Below are positions 53,295 through 62,942 of a stretch of 64,000 nucleotides of DNA, in pieces (within the stretch, counting starts at the first letter, position 1; each line of letters opens with the position of its first letter). This DNA is from an uncultured Lachnoclostridium sp. (GTDB lineage Bacteria > Bacillota > Clostridia > Lachnospirales > Lachnospiraceae), in assembly GCA_930986645.1 (NCBI GenBank), contig CAKNJS010000003.1, positions 52,635-116,634 of the forward strand, written 5' to 3'. Made by a program: the position numbers and the translations under genes. Below the pieces are notes generated by a model. That model searched no databases. It had not been told where the DNA came from and worked only from the letters and a program-made list of their open reading frames with translations.

Positions 53295-54380
53295 TTATTT
53301 CTTTGTAATATATCCTTTCGCTGTAAGGGCCTCTGCACACAGGACTGCTCCTCCTGCCGCTCCTCTTACTGTGTTATGGGAAAGTCCGATGAATTTATAA
53401 TCGTACATTGTATCCTCTCTCAGGCGTCCGATGGATACTCCCATTCCGTTCTCGTAATCTACATCCAGAGTTACCTGCGGACGATTGTCGTCTTCCAGAT
53501 ACTGGATGAACTGCTTCGGAGCGCTCGGAAGCTCTGCTTCCTGCGGGAAGCCTTTGAAGTTTACAAGCTTTTCGATGAGCTGTTCTTTCGTCGGTTTTTT
53601 CTCAAAATTGATAAACACTGCCGCTGTATGTCCGTTCAGTACCGGGACACGCACACACTGGCATGTGATCTTCGGGAGCTCTGCTTTTACGATCTGGCCG
53701 TTCTCCACTTTACCGAGTACACGAAGCGGCTCCTGCTCGCTCTTCTCTTCCTCACCGCCGATAAACGGGATGATGTTTCCAACCATTTCCGGCCAGTCTT
53801 TAAATGTCTTTCCTGCACCGGAGATAGCCTGATATGTTGTGACAACAAGCTCCTTCGGTCCGAATTCCTTCCATGCTGCAAGGCACGGAGCATAGCTCTG
53901 GATAGAACAGTTCGGTTTTACAGCGATAAATCCGCGTGTTGTGCCAAGACGTTTCTTCTGATCCGGAATCACATCGAAATGATCTGAATTGATCTCCGGC
54001 ACTACCATCGGGACATCCGGTGTCCAGCGGTGTGCGCTGTTGTTTGATACAACCGGAGTCTCTGTCTTAGCATATTCTTCCTCGATCGCCTTAATCTCTT
54101 CCTTGCTCATATCCACTGCGCTGAACACGAAATCAACTGTAGACGCCACATGCTCCACATCGTTTACATTGAGCACTGTCAGCTTTTTCACTGCCTCCGG
54201 CATCGGAGTGTCCATTTTCCAGCGGCCGCTCACCGCCTCTTCGTATGTCTTACCTGCTGAACGCGGGCTGGCTGCGACTGTCACTACCTCAAACCACGGA
54301 TGGTTCTCGAGCAGAGAAATAAATCTCTGTCCTACCATACCTGTTGCACCTAAGATTCCTACTCTTAATTTCTGATCCAT
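53295..54380 (-). CDS. asd: Aspartate-semialdehyde dehydrogenase
   Basis: GATGMVG, PNCS, QAISGAG, RVPVLNGH, HNTVRGAAG. Confidence 0.94.
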   Translation of the reverse strand: MDQKLRVGILGATGMVGQRFISLLENHPWFEVVTVAASPRSAGKTYEEAVSGRWKMDTPMPEAVKKLTVLNVNDVEHVASTVDFVFSAVDMSKEEIKAIEEEYAKTETPVVSNNSAHRWTPDVPMVVPEINSDHFDVIPDQKKRLGTTRGFIAVKPNCSIQSYAPCLAAWKEFGPKELVVTTYQAISGAGKTFKDWPEMVGNIIPFIGGEEEKSEQEPLRVLGKVENGQIVKAELPKITCQCVRVPVLNGHTAAVFINFEKKPTKEQLIEKLVNFKGFPQEAELPSAPKQFIQYLEDDNRPQVTLDVDYENGMGVSIGRLREDTMYDYKFIGLSHNTVRGAAGGAVLCAEALTAKGYITKK

Positions 54381-54414
54381 TTTCTCTACATCCTTTCTGC
54401 ATTATATACTGTAC

Positions 54415-55794
54415 TTATTCAGCGGCCAGATATTCCTCTTCCGCCTTAATCACTTTCTCCATTGCAGCTTTCCCCGGCGCTCCGATGGTATTTCGCATCT
54501 CCACGCAGGTCTTCATGCTGATAGCGTCATAAATATCTTCTTCAAATACCGGTGAAACCGCCTTGAACTCATCCAGACTCATATCATCCAGCGCGATTCC
54601 CTTATCGATACAGTAAAGCACGAGCCGTCCTACGATACCGTGCGCATCACGGAACGGAACGCCGTGATTTACCAGATAGTCTGCCGCGTCCGTTGCATTA
54701 GTGAACCCATGCTTTGCGCTCTCTTCCATGCGGGCGGAGTTGAACTTCATCGTCTTTAACATTCCCGTAAAGAGCGCCAGACATCCTTTCGTTGTATCGA
54801 TGGCGTCAAAGACAAACTCCTTGTCCTCCTGCATATCCTTATTATATGCCAGCGGAAGGCCTTTCATCGTTGTCAGCATAGACATCAGCGCGCCATACAC
54901 TCTGCCGGTCTTTCCTCTCACCAGCTCAGCGATATCCGGGTTCTTTTTCTGCGGCATGATGCTGCTGCCTGTACTGTAGGCATCATCAATCTCCACGAAC
55001 TTGTATTCATTGGTGTTCCAGATGATCACTTCCTCCGAAAATCTGCTCAGATGCATCATGATCGTGGACATTGCCGACAGAAGTTCGATAAGATAATCTC
55101 TGTCTGATACCGAATCCATACTATTGAGCGTCGGTCCGTCAAAGTCAAGAAGCTCTGCCGTATATTCCCTGTCCAGCGGATATGTAGTTCCTGCCAATGC
55201 CCCGGAGCCAAGGGGGCAGAGATTCATTCTTTTATAAATATCTTTCATACGGGAACGGTCGCGTTTGAACATCTCAAAATATGCTCCCATGTGATGTGCC
55301 AGTGTGATCGGCTGCGCTTTCTGCAGATGAGTAAATCCCGGCATATACGTCTCGAGATTTTCTTTCATCAGCTTTAAGAGCACTTCCAGCATTTCCTTTA
55401 ACAGGCTGTCCAGCTCAAGAATCTCGTCTCTTGTATAAAGCTTCATATCCAGCGCTACCTGATCGTTTCTGCTGCGTCCGGTATGGAGCTTTTTCCCTGC
55501 ATCCCCGATCCGGTCGATCAGATTTGCCTCAACAAAGCTGTGAATATCTTCATATTCCTCCGTAATCTCAAGAGTCCCGTTTTCCACATCGGTCCGGATA
55601 CTCTCAAGCCCTTTTATGATCTTCTCTTTCTCTTCCTCAGTCAGGATTCCCTGCTTCGCGAGCATCGTTACATGAGCGATACTTCCGCGGATATCCTGTT
55701 TATAAAATCTCTTATCGAAAGAGATCGATGCATTGAAATTATATACCAGTTTGTCCGTCTCTTTTGTAAAACGGCCGCCCCATAACTGTGCCAT
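54415..55794 (-). CDS. argH: Argininosuccinate lyase
   Basis: [34 protein letters not shown]. Confidence 0.96.
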   Translation of the reverse strand: MAQLWGGRFTKETDKLVYNFNASISFDKRFYKQDIRGSIAHVTMLAKQGILTEEEKEKIIKGLESIRTDVENGTLEITEEYEDIHSFVEANLIDRIGDAGKKLHTGRSRNDQVALDMKLYTRDEILELDSLLKEMLEVLLKLMKENLETYMPGFTHLQKAQPITLAHHMGAYFEMFKRDRSRMKDIYKRMNLCPLGSGALAGTTYPLDREYTAELLDFDGPTLNSMDSVSDRDYLIELLSAMSTIMMHLSRFSEEVIIWNTNEYKFVEIDDAYSTGSSIMPQKKNPDIAELVRGKTGRVYGALMSMLTTMKGLPLAYNKDMQEDKEFVFDAIDTTKGCLALFTGMLKTMKFNSARMEESAKHGFTNATDAADYLVNHGVPFRDAHGIVGRLVLYCIDKGIALDDMSLDEFKAVSPVFEEDIYDAISMKTCVEMRNTIGAPGKAAMEKVIKAEEEYLAAE

Positions 55795-55979
55795 TTCTCT
55801 TTCCTCGCTTCTTTTTTTGATTGAAAGAAAATACAGTCCAGATCACTTTCGTCCGTCCTGCATTTTCGACTTAGTTTACCACACTAAAGTATGAATGTCT
55901 ACTTAAAAACCAAATTTTTCTCGAAACAGTGACATATACCGGATATAAACGGAACTGTTCCCTTTCAGCAGAAAGTGTA

Positions 55980-56600
55980 TCAATTGCGCCTCATGGAAAA
56001 CTCGCATCCGCAGTAGTCCTGCCTGTACAGTCCATATTCCTTCGACAGTTCGATGGACCGCTTGTATCCGTTTTTCTTCTTAAAATCGGAAACCAGATAT
56101 TTCACACCGTATTCCTTCCCGACACGGAGACCGATCTCATTGAGCTTCTGGGCGTTCTTCATCGGACTGATGCTGAGTGTTGTCGTGAAATAGTCAAACC
56201 CGCCTGCAACGGCCTGTCTTGCCGCCTCTGAAAGCCTCAGTTCATAGCATTTCATGCACCGCGCTCCGCCTTCTTTCAGATCCTCCATGCCTGCTGCCAT
56301 CTCGTAAAATTTCTCTTTGTCATATTTCCCCGCAAGAAATGAAACCGGATACCGGAACTCCATGTCACGGATCAGCTTCTGCTGCTCCGCAATGCGTTTC
56401 GTGTATTCACTCTCCGGATAGATGTTCGGATTGTAGTAAAATACAGTTATCTTAAAGTACTCCGACAGATACTCCAGCACATAGCTGCTGCATGGCGCGC
56501 AGCAGCTGTGGATAAGAAGGGCAGGCACCCTCTGTTCCGCCTCCAGCTGAGCGAGCAGCTTTTCAAGTTCTTTCTGATAGTTGATTTTCGGTACGTTCAT
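55980..56600 (-). CDS. queH: Epoxyqueuosine reductase QueH (DUF208)
   Basis: HSCCAPCS, YNPNI, RCMKCY, FTTTL, YRQDYCGC. Confidence 0.9.
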   Translation of the reverse strand: MNVPKINYQKELEKLLAQLEAEQRVPALLIHSCCAPCSSYVLEYLSEYFKITVFYYNPNIYPESEYTKRIAEQQKLIRDMEFRYPVSFLAGKYDKEKFYEMAAGMEDLKEGGARCMKCYELRLSEAARQAVAGGFDYFTTTLSISPMKNAQKLNEIGLRVGKEYGVKYLVSDFKKKNGYKRSIELSKEYGLYRQDYCGCEFSMRRN

Positions 56601-56822
56601 CTGTAATTCTCCTGTAAGATTATTTAATATTTATACTCTATGCCAGAAAGCAAACGGCTATATGCCTTATTTGCAAAAGGAGCGTCAGCATAAAATGCAA
56701 AGGCATAACATACCGGAACTGTAAAGGAACAGATCAGGAATCATTTCCATAAATCAGTCTGCATTACAATTCCGGTACATTCATTTCACTGCAGATGCAA
56801 AAGATATCCCGCCTCAAAAGAC

Positions 56823-57440
56823 TTAAGCATTATAGATCATAGCCAGAATGTCAACAATCTTGTCAATCCCCAGCATGCTCACATTAAGAAGCATCTGATG
56901 GGAACGGATGCTGCCCCAGTCCTGTCCTGTATGTACTTCATAATAGTATCTGCGTTCTTTGTCTGTCTTGCGGATACGCTCCGCCGCTTTTCTTTCTGTC
57001 AGTCCGTACAGCTCCATGATCCGTTTCTTACGGTCTTCTTTATCTGCGCAGATAAATACATTAATACATTCCGCACGGTCTTTCAGCACATAATCTGCGC
57101 ACCGCCCCACGATCACACACGGTCCCTTCTGCGCAAGACTCCGGATAATCTCCGTCTGTTTCCGGTAAACGTCCGTTTCAAAAGACGGTATGTATGACGC
57201 CGCATTGATAAAATCTGTATACATCCCCGGCGTCATCGTATAGCTGGCTACGAATGTATTGAGGCTGGACTCGTCTACCCGTTCGGCGTCTTCTGTTCTC
57301 ACGCCCAATGCCTCAGCTGCCATGCTCACAAGTCTGTGGTCATAAAGCGGAATTCCCAGCCTGTCTGCAAGTTTCTGTCCGATCTCATGTCCGCCGCTTC
57401 CGAACTCACGGCCGATCGTAATAATCTTATGTCCGGTCAT
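56823..57440 (-). CDS. Cytidylate kinase-like family protein
   Basis: ITIGREFGSGG, CVIVGRCADY, DKERRYYY. Confidence 0.85.
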   Translation of the reverse strand: MTGHKIITIGREFGSGGHEIGQKLADRLGIPLYDHRLVSMAAEALGVRTEDAERVDESSLNTFVASYTMTPGMYTDFINAASYIPSFETDVYRKQTEIIRSLAQKGPCVIVGRCADYVLKDRAECINVFICADKEDRKKRIMELYGLTERKAAERIRKTDKERRYYYEVHTGQDWGSIRSHQMLLNVSMLGIDKIVDILAMIYNA

Positions 57441-57533
57441 ATTGATTCCTCCTTTCCGGTTTTTTCACGTCATCTGTTACTCATATTATACCCCTCTTCT
57501 CCGGACGAGACAACGGGATTTCGCACTTTTCCC

Positions 57534-57561
57534 GCACACCGGATTGCTTTTTTCATACACT
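57534..57561 (+). promoter_or_regulatory. SigK/SigE-type promoter of ABC pair
   Basis: GCAC-16bp-CATACACT. Confidence 0.55.
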
Positions 57562-57596
57562 AACTATAGATATACAATATGGATGGAAGTGACCTT

Positions 57597-58385
57597 ATGA
57601 CTCCAATACTGGAATTAAAAAATATCGATTATTCCTATCATACATTGGACGGGGAGACAAAGGCTCTGTCCAATATTTCATTTTCACTTACGAAAGGAGA
57701 GTTCACGGCCGTTGTCGGACCTTCTGGATGCGGAAAATCCACGTTACTCTCCCTGATCGATGGTCTGATGAAGCCGGAGAGCGGAGAACTGCTGATGAAC
57801 GGGGAGCCTCTGACAGAAAATTCATCAAAAATCGGATATATGCTCCAGCACGACCACCTCTTTGAATGGCGTACTGTATACCGGAATGTCCTTCTCGGCG
57901 CAGAGATCAGCAGGAAGCTCACACCGGAAATCAAAAAACGTGCGGAAGAGCTGCTAGAGCAGTATGGTCTGAAACAGTTTGCGCGTTCCAAACCGTCCGA
58001 GCTGTCCGGCGGCATGCGCCAGAGGGCAGCGCTGATCCGAACGCTCCTTCTGGAACCGGAACTGCTGCTGCTCGACGAGCCGTTCTCTGCCCTTGACTAC
58101 CAGACTCGTCTGGCTGTCAGCGATGACATAGGTCAGATCATCCGGAAATCCGGGAAGACCGCACTTCTCGTTACCCACGATCTCTCAGAGGCAGTCAGTC
58201 TGTCCGACCGGGTGATCGTCCTAACGAAACGTCCGGCAGCGGTGGCACGCATCGTCCCGATATCATTTGATCTGGAGCATGACACGCCGTTGATCCGGAG
58301 AAACGCGCCTGAATTCAAGACTTATTTTAATGAAATATGGAAGGAGCTGAACCATGATGGTCAAATCACCGAAAAAACGGTCTGA
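57597..58385 (+). CDS. NitT/TauT-type ABC ATP-binding protein (YtlC-like)
   Basis: GPSGCGKS, LSGGMRQR, LLDEPFSALDYQTR, VTHD. Confidence 0.88.
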   Translation: MTPILELKNIDYSYHTLDGETKALSNISFSLTKGEFTAVVGPSGCGKSTLLSLIDGLMKPESGELLMNGEPLTENSSKIGYMLQHDHLFEWRTVYRNVLLGAEISRKLTPEIKKRAEELLEQYGLKQFARSKPSELSGGMRQRAALIRTLLLEPELLLLDEPFSALDYQTRLAVSDDIGQIIRKSGKTALLVTHDLSEAVSLSDRVIVLTKRPAAVARIVPISFDLEHDTPLIRRNAPEFKTYFNEIWKELNHDGQITEKTV

Positions 58386-59166
58386 CGGACAGGAACTCTT
58401 TCTGTACAGACTGCGCCGCCACCGTATGATCGTATGCGCCGCCCGGATTCTTATTCTGATCCTTTTCCTTTTTCTGTGGGAAGTATGTGCCGATTACGGC
58501 ATTATCGACTCTTTTATCTTCAGCAGTCCCTCCCGGATCGCGCTCTGCTTCTGGGAAATGGTGCTGGACCATTCAATCTTCCTGCATATCGGCATCACAC
58601 TGTATGAGACGATTGTAAGTTTCCTGCTTGTGACTGTCTCCGGTATCCTGATTGCCGTCCTCCTCTGGTGCAGCCGGGGGCTTTCCGAAATACTGGAGCC
58701 CTATCTGGTGGTACTGAACAGCCTGCCGAAATCCGCGCTGGCGCCGCTTCTGATCGTATGGCTTGGGGCTACTCCTACAACAATCATCGCAGCCGGCATG
58801 TCTGTCGCCGTATTCGGAAGCATCATGAACCTGTACACCAGTTTTACCACAGTCGACAGAGAGAAGATCAAACTTATCTACACCCTCCACGGGAACCGCA
58901 GGCATGCACTGTTTAAAGTCGTACTGCCAAGCTCGGTCCCGGCGATCATCAGCAATATGAAAGTCAATATCGGGCTCTGTCTCGTGGGGGTTGTGATCGG
59001 TGAATTTCTCGCTGCAAGGAACGGGCTGGGGTATCTCATTATCTATTCAAGTCAAGTATTCAAGATGAACTGGCTGCTCATGTCAATCGTGTTGCTGTGC
59101 ATTATGGCGATGGCGCTGTATGCAGTGATCGGGATAGTAGAGAAAATATATCGTAAGAAATTTTAG
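58354..59166 (+). CDS. NitT/TauT-type ABC permease (YtlD-like)
   Basis: FIFSSPS, NSLPKSALAP, GVVIGEF, GLGYLI. Confidence 0.85.
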   Translation: MMVKSPKKRSDGQELFLYRLRRHRMIVCAARILILILFLFLWEVCADYGIIDSFIFSSPSRIALCFWEMVLDHSIFLHIGITLYETIVSFLLVTVSGILIAVLLWCSRGLSEILEPYLVVLNSLPKSALAPLLIVWLGATPTTIIAAGMSVAVFGSIMNLYTSFTTVDREKIKLIYTLHGNRRHALFKVVLPSSVPAIISNMKVNIGLCLVGVVIGEFLAARNGLGYLIIYSSQVFKMNWLLMSIVLLCIMAMALYAVIGIVEKIYRKKF

Positions 59167-59339
59167 CTCACCATTTTTATCCCATGCTTACTGCTATTTT
59201 AAAAATGTAACACAACACAATTGAACGATATCTATTCAAAACAGTTATAAAAAAGAGGGAGTGCTTCCGGTCATTCTTAATGATCCGGTCGCACTCCCCA
59301 GCTTCTCTTCCTGCTTTTATTTTTTCTTACTTATTCTTT

Positions 59340-62300
59340 TTAGTCTCTGTGCTTTCTTACTTTTATTACAGTTACTGTAACAGTAAAAGCACACACACCC
59401 ATAAGTACAATCCATATCATAGGAGACACAGCGTCATCGCCAGTCTGAACAGTATTCTGAGATGATGGTTCTGAAACTGCAGGAGTTGTGTTCTCCCCCT
59501 TTGGTTTATCTCCTGTATTATCTGTATTTCCATCTGTGCCGCTGTCCGGCTGAGCCGGTACGGTTTCCGGCTTTTTATCCGGATCAGAAGGATCTGATCC
59601 CGGATCCGGCTCTGCTGCCGCAGTAACCTTTACCGCAATACTCTTCTGCGCTGCGGTAAATACTTCCGTACTGCCATTAAGCGCAACATTGCCTTTCACT
59701 GTATACGTAATATAAGCGGTGCCTTCGCCTGCAGCTGTTACGCGGCCATCCGAATCAACTTTGACCACATTCTCATCACTGCTCGCATAGATTCCTGACT
59801 CCTGAAGCATTACATCTTTCGGGATGCTTCCCGCTTCAATCTGTGCATCCAGTGTCGTGCTTTCGCCTGTTTTCAGGCCTACTTCTTCAGTCATTCCCGT
59901 AATTGAAACCGGAATCTCTCTGTTCTCCTGAGCGCCGCAGACACAGGTATATGTCACATAGGCAGACTGTCCTTCTGAAGCATCTGTTACAGATGAAGCT
60001 GCAAATGTACACGCCACGGCATCCTCCAGCTTTTCACCGCAATCACCACACAAAAGCTGATGAGTTCCGTCTCCGTTATCTGTATATGCATAATTTTCAT
60101 GGGAAACCAGCTGCATATTATCCACAGCTCCCCAGCCTCCTGCAAGGATCTCAACTGTTCCCTGAAGTTTCACTGTTGTCTCCTTGTCCAGATAAAAGGT
60201 CACCGACGGATTCAGCCATTCATCCGAATTATTGGTCCATCCTGTAAGTTCCGTTGCATTTCCTTCAACGAGTACCTGATCTGACCCATTCAGAATATTC
60301 AGAGATACTTTATCTCCTTTCTCACCCATTGCAGCAACACTGAATGTATACCAGCCCGGCTCCAGCGTGATCGGCACATTATAGACAAAACTTCCGGTAC
60401 CGCCTGTAGCTTGATACCAGTGTGCACTGAATTCTCCATCATATACATTTTCGCTATTTGGTATCTCTATATTATTGACAGTAAAATCGGTTCCATCCTC
60501 AAATCCTGCTGCATCTGCATCTATGATCAGATTTGATTCTTCTTTCCCTTTTACTGTCAGTGTATAGGTCGTTTCCACCTGTGTGAATCCCTCGTAATTT
60601 CCTCCTGTTATTTCTTTTGAAAATGTAACTGTACCGCGGATCACATATGTTTCCGGAATGGCTGTATTTACAGCAGCTATATCATCGCTGTTCCACGCTA
60701 CCGGTTCTGCGACAGTCGTTCCGTCACTGTAAGATACGTTAATTGTATCCGGCAGGGTATAGGTTCCGTTTTTCTCTATTGACTCGGATACGCTTTCTAT
60801 AGTTTCTGCTGATAGTTTGGTGGATACAGCTCCTGTTTTCACATACTCCCATACATGAAGGCTGTCAAGGGCCGCGCCATCGGATCCGAACATAGCCTGA
60901 TTATCCACGGCCGATCCGCCGTACCACACCCCGGCATCGTCCGGATCATATTCTCCGGAATAGCTGGATGCCCAGCCGGATCCATATGTCTCCCACAGCT
61001 CCTTATTTGCTTCTACCTGTGCAGTATACGCTTCTCCTTCCAGCCCGGTAGTATCTCCCACTGTGATCCATGCCGGCTCCCAGTAATAAACGCCAAGGCC
61101 TCCTGCTTCATTTACTGCAGCGATAATATCACGAATACAGTCTGCCTGTCCCTGTTCGCTGAATTCGTAGGAAGTTACGGTATCATTTTGTCCTACCCGC
61201 ACAGTATTGTCATGTCCGTCCGTATCGGCGAGAGTATATGCATAGCTCGTCTCCGCCACCATTACGTCTTTTCCATACTGTGTCCGAACGGCCTCAAACT
61301 GACTCTTCAGATTTTCCAGAGTTCCATGCCAGTACGGGTAATACGATGTTGCAAGGATATCATAATCTACGTTATTATCCTGAAGGCGCGTTGCCCAGTT
61401 CACAAGCTGGTTTGTCCGCTCCGGATTCGTAAAATGGATCACAATTTTAATCCCTGAATCAAATGCTCGAATCGCCTTTGCCCCCGCATTAAACAATTTG
61501 CACATATCGGCATAGTTTGTTCCCGTCTCGCCGACAAAACTGTTTGTTGTCTCGTTTCCGACCTGTACCATATCAATCTCAGCACCGGTAGCTGCAATCT
61601 TTTTGAGAGATTCTGTCGTGAAATTGCCGATTGCTGCTTCTTTTTCTGTCAGACTGTAATTCTTCCAACCTTTCGGCGGCTGCTGTTTACTCGGATCTGC
61701 CCAGAAATCAGAGTAGTGGAAGTCGATCAACATCTTAAGTCCTGCATCCGCGCATCCTTTCGCGATCTCTACAGCTGTATCCACATCGTTGTCTCCACCA
61801 CCATATCCGTTTCCTTCACTGTCATACGGGTCATTCCAGACACGCACACGGATATGGGTGATACCGCAGTCTTCTTTCAGAAATTTACAGAAAGCGCTGA
61901 TATTATTAATTACATTTCCATCGAAATCCTGATAGGTTACCCCGCTGTTGAATTCTGAAATCACAGAGGAAATGTCCAGTCCCATGATAAAGTCATCGCT
62001 GAGATCATCCACTTTTTTCACATTGAGTTCACCCTGAATATATCCATCCGTGTTCCCTTCATCCGGAGTATCCGCTTCCGTTGTTGTAAAAGTAACTACC
62101 GTTTTCGTCAGCTCATTCTCATCGTGCTTCAGCTGCGCCACAATATAATAATTTCCCACGCTCGGCAGCGTCATATCAACCTCAAATACACTGCCACTTT
62201 TGTCACTTGGGGCAGTATCCAGCAGTCCATCTTCGCAGCCGCCTGTCCACTGATCCGGCCACCACCACAGACTCAGACCTGCTGCATCCAGATCTGTTAT

Positions 62301-62510
62301 CTCAGTATCTCCATTCATGACTTTTGCCGTAAAATGAACTGTGTCGCCGGCTTTCGGATTCTCGTTATCCACTGTAACTTCAATGTGGTAATCGTCTCCT
62401 CCCTCTGGCTCCTCGGCAAACACAGTAAATGCCGCCATGCTCCATATCATGCACAGCGACATCAAAAGTGCCAGTGCCCTTTTCCATGGATTACCTTTTT
62501 TCTTACCCAT
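59340..62510 (-). CDS. Cell-wall-anchored GH53 endo-beta-1,4-galactanase with Ig-like and CBM-like modules
   Basis: Signal peptide; GLDISS, IRVRVW, DFHYSDFWADP..Q, QVGNE, SYYPYW, VAETSY, YWEPAW; VQTG + TM + basic tail. Confidence 0.9.
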   Translation of the reverse strand: MGKKKGNPWKRALALLMSLCMIWSMAAFTVFAEEPEGGDDYHIEVTVDNENPKAGDTVHFTAKVMNGDTEITDLDAAGLSLWWWPDQWTGGCEDGLLDTAPSDKSGSVFEVDMTLPSVGNYYIVAQLKHDENELTKTVVTFTTTEADTPDEGNTDGYIQGELNVKKVDDLSDDFIMGLDISSVISEFNSGVTYQDFDGNVINNISAFCKFLKEDCGITHIRVRVWNDPYDSEGNGYGGGDNDVDTAVEIAKGCADAGLKMLIDFHYSDFWADPSKQQPPKGWKNYSLTEKEAAIGNFTTESLKKIAATGAEIDMVQVGNETTNSFVGETGTNYADMCKLFNAGAKAIRAFDSGIKIVIHFTNPERTNQLVNWATRLQDNNVDYDILATSYYPYWHGTLENLKSQFEAVRTQYGKDVMVAETSYAYTLADTDGHDNTVRVGQNDTVTSYEFSEQGQADCIRDIIAAVNEAGGLGVYYWEPAWITVGDTTGLEGEAYTAQVEANKELWETYGSGWASSYSGEYDPDDAGVWYGGSAVDNQAMFGSDGAALDSLHVWEYVKTGAVSTKLSAETIESVSESIEKNGTYTLPDTINVSYSDGTTVAEPVAWNSDDIAAVNTAIPETYVIRGTVTFSKEITGGNYEGFTQVETTYTLTVKGKEESNLIIDADAAGFEDGTDFTVNNIEIPNSENVYDGEFSAHWYQATGGTGSFVYNVPITLEPGWYTFSVAAMGEKGDKVSLNILNGSDQVLVEGNATELTGWTNNSDEWLNPSVTFYLDKETTVKLQGTVEILAGGWGAVDNMQLVSHENYAYTDNGDGTHQLLCGDCGEKLEDAVACTFAASSVTDASEGQSAYVTYTCVCGAQENREIPVSITGMTEEVGLKTGESTTLDAQIEAGSIPKDVMLQESGIYASSDENVVKVDSDGRVTAAGEGTAYITYTVKGNVALNGSTEVFTAAQKSIAVKVTAAAEPDPGSDPSDPDKKPETVPAQPDSGTDGNTDNTGDKPKGENTTPAVSEPSSQNTVQTGDDAVSPMIWIVLMGVCAFTVTVTVIKVRKHRD

Positions 62511-62548
62511 CCCTTCATCTCCTTTTATAGTTTTGCGCAATTTATTGA

Positions 62549-62560
62549 GCAAGCGATTGC
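62549..62560. promoter_or_regulatory. Candidate LacI-family/cre-like operator upstream of GH53
   Basis: GCAAGCGATTGC dyad (GCAAnCGnTTGC) ~40 bp upstream of start. Confidence 0.45.
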
Positions 62561-62765
62561 GCTTTCTCCTGTATCAGTATATATCTATTAGTATTTCTGA
62601 GCAATTATTTTTTATATTTTCTATGTTTTCTCTAGTTTAGAGCCCTATAATTTGTGCAATACTAACATCAAATAGCGCAAATTTATCTTATATTTGTCCT
62701 TTGATTGTATATTATACCGAATTCGGTATTCCTCAACATGCCAGAATACCGGCTTTCTTATTTCA

Positions 62766-62872
62766 GCCTTGCAGCTCGCTCACGGGCTGCGCCTTGGTTC
62801 CAGTCGGCTCTTGCCTTGCAGCTCGATTCCGCGCTTTGCGCTCCATCTCGCTCACGGGCTGCGCCCTATGTC
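62766..62872. repeat. Second copy of the REP-like repeat family seen at 10.2 kb
   Basis: CAGCTCGATTCCGCGCTTTGCGCTCCaTCTCGCT (62819-62852) matches 10254-10287 at 33/34; internal duplications GCCTTGCAGCTCG and CTCGCTCACGGGCTGCGCC. Confidence 0.85.
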
Positions 62873-62929
62873 ATAAAAAAAGAGTACCCACATTCATGCA
62901 AGCATGATGTGGATACTCTTTTTTATGAC
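62870..62929 (-). terminator. Terminator of NSS transporter gene with internal CATGC-AA-GCATG hairpin
   Basis: GTCATAAAAAAAGAGTA..CCACAT-tcatgcaagcatga-TGTGG..TACTCTTTTTTATGAC. Confidence 0.75.
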
Positions 62930-62942
62930 GCAAGGCTTGAGC

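Noticed and set aside
55885-55910. ArgR box upstream of argH (ATGAATGTCTACTTA)
   Set aside because: Only one half-site fits well; too weak to call
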